64,000 nucleotides of DNA from Fidelibacterota bacterium. Its GTDB lineage: Bacteria > Fidelibacterota > Marinisomatia > Marinisomatales > TCS55. A program made the position numbers and the translations under genes. The notes below the pieces were generated by a model. The model was not told the DNA's origin, did no database searches, and saw nothing but the letters and a program-made list of their open reading frames with translations. How positions within the stretch are numbered: the first letter of the stretch is position 1; each line of letters starts with the position of its first letter. Shown piece by piece: positions 60,101-64,000 of this stretch. The stretch spans positions 1 through 64,000 of the forward strand of contig JBHHTW010000005.1 in NCBI GenBank assembly GCA_046861385.1, given 5' to 3'.

Positions 60101-60929
60101 TTTGATGATGTTTAATTGTCTCTCCGTTTTGGTCAAACCCATTGGCTCCGCGACCATAAAACTGGAACAAATCATCGTTGTCCAGTTTTTCATTATCTTC
60201 TCCCGTTACAAACATACTGATTTCAACCAGATTCTCTGGAATTTCAGAATAAGAAATAGTATTAATCACAGTACTGCTTCTGTCTCTTCCAAGAGCGGTT
60301 GATGTAAACAACATAAAGGAACGGGGATTCTCATTTTGCACAGTACCGCTAAGTGATATAAGGTCAGCACCGGAGAAGGAATACAATTTATCTTCCTTCA
60401 CCGAAAATTTCATCCATTTTCCTAAGGGTAATTCTGATTTTTTTTTGCGTGAATGTTTTTGGTCATAAAACCAATTTTTTGCGCTGTCCCAGTTCAGTAT
60501 TCGATTTTGTAGAAATAATGTTTGTGTCTTGTTTGCAGTAACCAGTCTATTGTGTGAAGGGAAAAATGAAATTTCAATCCAATAATTTTCATAGTAATAA
60601 TTATCGGAATTTGCTGGATTTATTTCAAGGGTAGCCGTTTCTAATGACCTCACTTTTTGCTGGTTGATCCAACGAACAGCCGGATGTTTGCCTTCAATGA
60701 AGAATGGGTTTTTTTGTTTATTTAATTCTCGAATGCTCAAAGTGGGTAATTCTTTATCTGGCAGACCGATCAGAAAGGTCAACGGTTCCAGGTCACTTTC
60801 TGTTTTAACGTCAAAATGGATCGAGATTACCAGTTTCTCATCAGTGGATTCATTTACTTCCCATTGCCTACCGGCAAAAATGAAAGTAATTAAAAACAAA
60901 AAATGAAAGTGTTTCCAAAATATTTTCAT
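57150..60929 (-). CDS. porU: PorU-like peptidase C25 (gingipain-fold T9SS sortase) with C-terminal sorting domain
   Basis: IYDEFSGG, LFMGDADYD, IGRFP, NYIGHG (His), AGTCSWGHFD (Cys), LFGDP, KAWDNANN and NFPNPY. Confidence 0.88.
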   Translation of the reverse strand: MKIFWKHFHFLFLITFIFAGRQWEVNESTDEKLVISIHFDVKTESDLEPLTFLIGLPDKELPTLSIRELNKQKNPFFIEGKHPAVRWINQQKVRSLETATLEINPANSDNYYYENYWIEISFFPSHNRLVTANKTQTLFLQNRILNWDSAKNWFYDQKHSRKKKSELPLGKWMKFSVKEDKLYSFSGADLISLSGTVQNENPRSFMLFTSTALGRDRSSTVINTISYSEIPENLVEISMFVTGEDNEKLDNDDLFQFYGRGANGFDQNGETIKHHQNLYFTDNHYWLLIPDDSNIRGKRIKTAASPSTTSLSLDYATSYIHIENDVINPFLGGLIWTGSGFGRGSSFTVVPKINDPEPSVSAEIKVSIRGSFTDLDYVMNTSGISKNHTIFVYLNERGIAKDTITFSGANQRSGKFSVNGFDLKEGVNLIYLDNKSTSSSYSFPHFDYATIRYGRKLNIDNSPFEFFAPITGNSVSFNFSGTLAPNVWDITDVTQPKMVDIAFNNSNYSMNVDLPSDTLMRFILFKDTDVSPITNMDLISGHSFTQLRHNNAGVDHLIIGPGKYESASQPLADHRGSSKFIPLETIYDEFSGGNADPTAIRRFLQWTNEQWSNPIPYSVLFMGDADYDYRNISGESGIKVPTIIKGAYGNRAVDDRLAAFSGRIPDLAIGRFPAKNVDEVQDYVEKIIEYETHPVLGYWRQRVTLVADDGARPEDDGPHGSISTGKSHTLNSENASKFISPRIEVQKLYMLEYPEVSDASSYGVIKPDATEALFDILTEGTAIINYIGHGSEHQWAQEKLLVQDRGDIGQIETNMKLPVWIAGTCSWGHFDFLDKESFAEELIRQPMEGASSIITTSRPIAVSSNAAYIVKLFKAIFPDLSVTDAPIGVVLQSVKDGNSSGELFHLFGDPSMPLPIPEKEINMTHIVPDTLSSLDTARVFGRLTSPTGASGVGVIRLADADRDVTRQYIINSKTQEISYTLPGPILFKGQFSITENNFSARLRIPKDISYSTTPAHLNSYVQLNSEPPTEALGILNNIFLKSGKPISDTQGPIISLETETGRLLQDNDHLQKDEKIIIRISDPIGINLTGEVGHEIIVSNLNDDMKKNMSSQYIYDENSITTGVIQFPHDGTDSPLSLHIKAWDNANNPSEKEFTLYLFENQTLNIFNVLNFPNPYSTTTQFAFELTSDANVSIDIFTLGGRRIMSIPEEQFSEGYHYINWNGRDAYGERLANGVYLYRLKANDGNQTVSVIKKLAKFQ

Positions 60930-61061
60930 TTGAATTTTATTAATTTATTCAGCATTGAAATTGAAATATGATTACGTAAATGTGTAAGTTTGTCTATCGA
61001 AATCGAACGTGAATATAGTAGTTCGGTTCCATCTTCTTTAATCTAATTATTAGGATTCCCT

Positions 61062-63329
61062 GTGTTTGATTTAGAAATGATTAATCATGTCTATAAGACC
61101 ATTGTAGATAATAGTTCACTAGCCCGAAACCTAATGGGCAGACCCTTGACACTTTCTGAAAAAATACTTTATTCTCATTTATTTGATAAAAACAGTGGGG
61201 AAAAATATACCCGAGGTAAGTCGTATGTTGAATTTGCTCCGGATCGAGTAGCCATGCAGGACGCAACGGCTCAAATGGCACTTTTACAATTTATGATGGC
61301 CGGCAAGGATAAAGTGGCTGTGCCATCCACAGTTCACTGTGATCATTTAATTCAGGCAAAAGACAACGCTAATCTTGATTTGTCTAATGCCAAAAATATT
61401 AATGGTGAGGTGTATGATTTTCTTGAATCTGTATCCAATAGATACGGAATTGGTTTCTGGAAACCGGGAGCAGGGATTATCCATCAAGTGGTTTTGGAAA
61501 ATTATGCATTCCCTGGCGGACTGATGATCGGGACCGATAGTCATACGGTAAATGCGGGTGGACTCGGTATGATTGCCATAGGTGTCGGCGGTGCTGATGC
61601 AGTGGATGTGATGGCAAATATGCCTTGGGAATTAAAATTTCCGAAAATGATTGGCATTCAATTGACTGGAGAACTGAGCGGGTGGACCTCTGCGAAAGAT
61701 GTAATACTCAAAGTAGCAGGAATTCTTACGGTGAAGGGCGGAACAGGCGCTATCGTTGAATATTTTGGACCAGGCGCTGAAAAATTGTCCTGTACCGGAA
61801 AAGGCACTATTTGCAACATGGGGGCTGAAATTGGTGCAACTACTTCTGTGTTTGCTTACGACAAACAAATGGCAGCGTATTTGCGAGCGACAGGTCGAAG
61901 TGCCGTAGCAGATCTCGCCGATGACATTGCCAATTGTTTACGGGCCGACGATGAAGTTTATGAGAATCCAGAGAAATATTATGATCAGATAATTGAAATA
62001 AATTTATCTGAGCTGGAACCCCATTTAAATGGTCCATTTACACCGGATCGCGCAACGCCTATTTCTGAAATGTCGAAGGCAGCCGCAGAAAATGGGTGGC
62101 CTACCAAAGTCGATGTAGGTTTAATTGGTTCCTGCACTAATTCATCTTATGAAGATATATCACGAGCAGCTTATATTGCAAAGCAGGCTGTTCAAATGGG
62201 ATTGAATACGAAAGCTGATTTTACAATTACTCCCGGATCGGAACAAGTAAGGTATACAATTGAAAGAGATGGTTTTATTCAAATATTTAACGAATTAGGT
62301 GCCCAGGTGTTTGCCAATGCATGCGGACCATGTATCGGTCAATGGGCTCGCCCGGGATCGGAGCAAAAAGAAAAAAATACAATTGTCCATTCATTTAATC
62401 GAAATTTTTCGAAAAGAGCCGATGGAAATCCTAATACACATGCATTTGTGGCATCTCCCGAGCTGGTAACCGCACTTGCGATTGCAGGCGATCTGACATT
62501 CAATCCATTAACAGACTCTCTCATCAATGAAAATGGAGAGTCTGTTATGTTGGAAATTCCCAAAGGTGATCAATTGCCTTCAAAAGGATTTGACGTAGAA
62601 GATTTAGGTTATCAAGAGCCATCGATTGATGGTTCCGGAAGTGAAATAACTGTTAATCCGGATTCGGAGCGATTGCAATTATTAACTCCATTCGAGCCAT
62701 GGGATGGACAAAATATCACTGGAATGAAACTGCTGATAAAAGCGAAGGGTAAATGTACAACAGATCATATCTCAATGGCTGGACCCTGGCTGAAATTCAG
62801 AGGTCATTTAGACAATATTTCAAATAATTTTCTGACTGGGGCCGAGAATTATTTTAATGAAAAAACGAATTGTGTAATAAACCAACTAACAGGAGAATAT
62901 GGCTCTGTTCCGGATGTACAAAGAGCTTATAATTCTGCCAATATTCCAACGATTGTCGTTGGGGATGAAAATTTTGGTGAAGGCTCATCACGAGAGCATG
63001 CTGCAATGGAACCAAGGCATTTGGGCGTCAGGGTCGTTTTGGTCCGTTCTTTTGCTCGAATCCACGAGACCAATTTGAAAAAGCAGGGGATGTTAGCCTT
63101 AACATTCGCAGATAAATCGGATTATGATAAAATTCAGGAAAACGACATTATGGACTTTATTGATCTGGACGAATTCACTCCAAATAAACCACTGACTTTA
63201 AGGGTTGTACATAAGGGAAATACTGATGATACAATTATGTGCAATCATAGTTATAATCATACACAAATTAGTTGGTACAAGGCCGGATCCGCTCTCAATT
63301 TAGTTCGAAGCCAATTAAAGGAAATATAA
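61062..63329 (+). CDS. acnA: Aconitate hydratase (mitochondrial/Bacteroidota type)
   Basis: [37 protein letters not shown] and [10 protein letters not shown]. Confidence 0.96.
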   Translation: MFDLEMINHVYKTIVDNSSLARNLMGRPLTLSEKILYSHLFDKNSGEKYTRGKSYVEFAPDRVAMQDATAQMALLQFMMAGKDKVAVPSTVHCDHLIQAKDNANLDLSNAKNINGEVYDFLESVSNRYGIGFWKPGAGIIHQVVLENYAFPGGLMIGTDSHTVNAGGLGMIAIGVGGADAVDVMANMPWELKFPKMIGIQLTGELSGWTSAKDVILKVAGILTVKGGTGAIVEYFGPGAEKLSCTGKGTICNMGAEIGATTSVFAYDKQMAAYLRATGRSAVADLADDIANCLRADDEVYENPEKYYDQIIEINLSELEPHLNGPFTPDRATPISEMSKAAAENGWPTKVDVGLIGSCTNSSYEDISRAAYIAKQAVQMGLNTKADFTITPGSEQVRYTIERDGFIQIFNELGAQVFANACGPCIGQWARPGSEQKEKNTIVHSFNRNFSKRADGNPNTHAFVASPELVTALAIAGDLTFNPLTDSLINENGESVMLEIPKGDQLPSKGFDVEDLGYQEPSIDGSGSEITVNPDSERLQLLTPFEPWDGQNITGMKLLIKAKGKCTTDHISMAGPWLKFRGHLDNISNNFLTGAENYFNEKTNCVINQLTGEYGSVPDVQRAYNSANIPTIVVGDENFGEGSSREHAAMEPRHLGVRVVLVRSFARIHETNLKKQGMLALTFADKSDYDKIQENDIMDFIDLDEFTPNKPLTLRVVHKGNTDDTIMCNHSYNHTQISWYKAGSALNLVRSQLKEI

Positions 63330-64000
63330 TGACAAAAATACTTGTTTCTGACCCGGTTACAGATGCCGGAATGGCCATTCTGCAAGATGCAGGATTTGAA
63401 GTAAAATATTTACCTGACTCGCCTCCCGAAGATAAAGCAGAAGCATGTAAAGATGTTGCTGGTTGGGTCGTACGCAGCGGAACAAAAGTAACTGCTGAAA
63501 TGATAGAGTCAGCCAATCAGTTACGAGTTATTGGCCGGGCAGGTGTTGGTGTAGATAACATTGATATTCCCAAGGCCACGAGGAGAGGAATCCTGGTCAT
63601 GAACACGCCCAATGCAAGCACATATTCTGCTGCAGAGCATACGATGGCGATGATGTTGGCTCTTTCCAGAAATATACCCAAGGGTCATGGCGGTATTATG
63701 GATGGAAAATGGAATAGAAATGCGTTGGTTGGAACCGAATTACGGAATAAAACGTTGGGAGTTGTCGGTCTTGGAAAAATTGGTCGGGAGGTGATAAAGC
63801 GATGCCGTGCGTTTGATATGAATATTCTTGGTTTCGACCCTTATGTAAGTCAAGAAATGTTTACTGAGGAAGAAATTAAAATAGTAGATCTGGATAAACT
63901 AACACAAGTATCAGATTATATCACTGTTCATGTCCCATTGACAGATTCCACGCGGAGTCTATTTGATTATGAACGTCTATGCATCATGAAACCAACTGCA
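63329..64000 (+). CDS. serA: D-3-phosphoglycerate dehydrogenase, partial (runs off the window)
   Basis: Manual translation [10 protein letters not shown]...VRSGTKV...IGRAGVGVDNID...GVVGLGKIG; its ATG overlaps the aconitase TAA. Confidence 0.9.
   Translation, partial: MTKILVSDPVTDAGMAILQDAGFEVKYLPDSPPEDKAEACKDVAGWVVRSGTKVTAEMIESANQLRVIGRAGVGVDNIDIPKATRRGILVMNTPNASTYSAAEHTMAMMLALSRNIPKGHGGIMDGKWNRNALVGTELRNKTLGVVGLGKIGREVIKRCRAFDMNILGFDPYVSQEMFTEEEIKIVDLDKLTQVSDYITVHVPLTDSTRSLFDYERLCIMKPTA

Noticed and set aside
267-63516. Numerous short ORFs (about 60-145 aa) antisense or out of frame to recognised genes
   Set aside because: They lie within well-supported CDSs and show no recognisable motifs, so I treat them as shadow ORFs.

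Overview
This is a gene-dense, AT-rich bacterial chromosome segment made mostly of core housekeeping genes. The gene content (PorU-like C25 sortase, T9SS/FlgD-type C-terminal sorting domains, mitochondrial-type aconitase, archaeal-type PGI/PMI) suggests an FCB-group organism such as Candidatus Marinimicrobia; this is inference. From left to right it holds: an ABC transporter/NDT-like/alr operon; GFA, small membrane protein and DASS transporter genes; two large secreted CTD proteins, one an S8 peptidase; dppA; a nucleoside kinase; a pmm/polyprenyl synthase/PGI-PMI/DUF151 cluster; the yceD-rpmF-plsX-fabHDG-acpP-fabF-rnc operon; sucCD-ndk-SPOR; a COG2403 (CpgS/ArcE-like) gene next to pruA; dusB; rpmB; a dcw cluster from mraZ to ftsZ; rodZ-like, maf, porU, aconitase and a partial serA. 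I saw no rRNA, tRNA, CRISPR array, integrase or transposase. The most notable structure is a 1386-bp integrase-less islet carrying one AAA+/DUF4143 ATPase. It sits in the 5' end of dusB and is bracketed by a 116-bp exact duplication of the dusB start. Other points of interest are a homopolymer frameshift in murG, a likely arginine-synthetase-type catabolic locus, a membrane protein with Cys/His repeats, several REP-like or inverted-repeat elements, and short tandem repeats.
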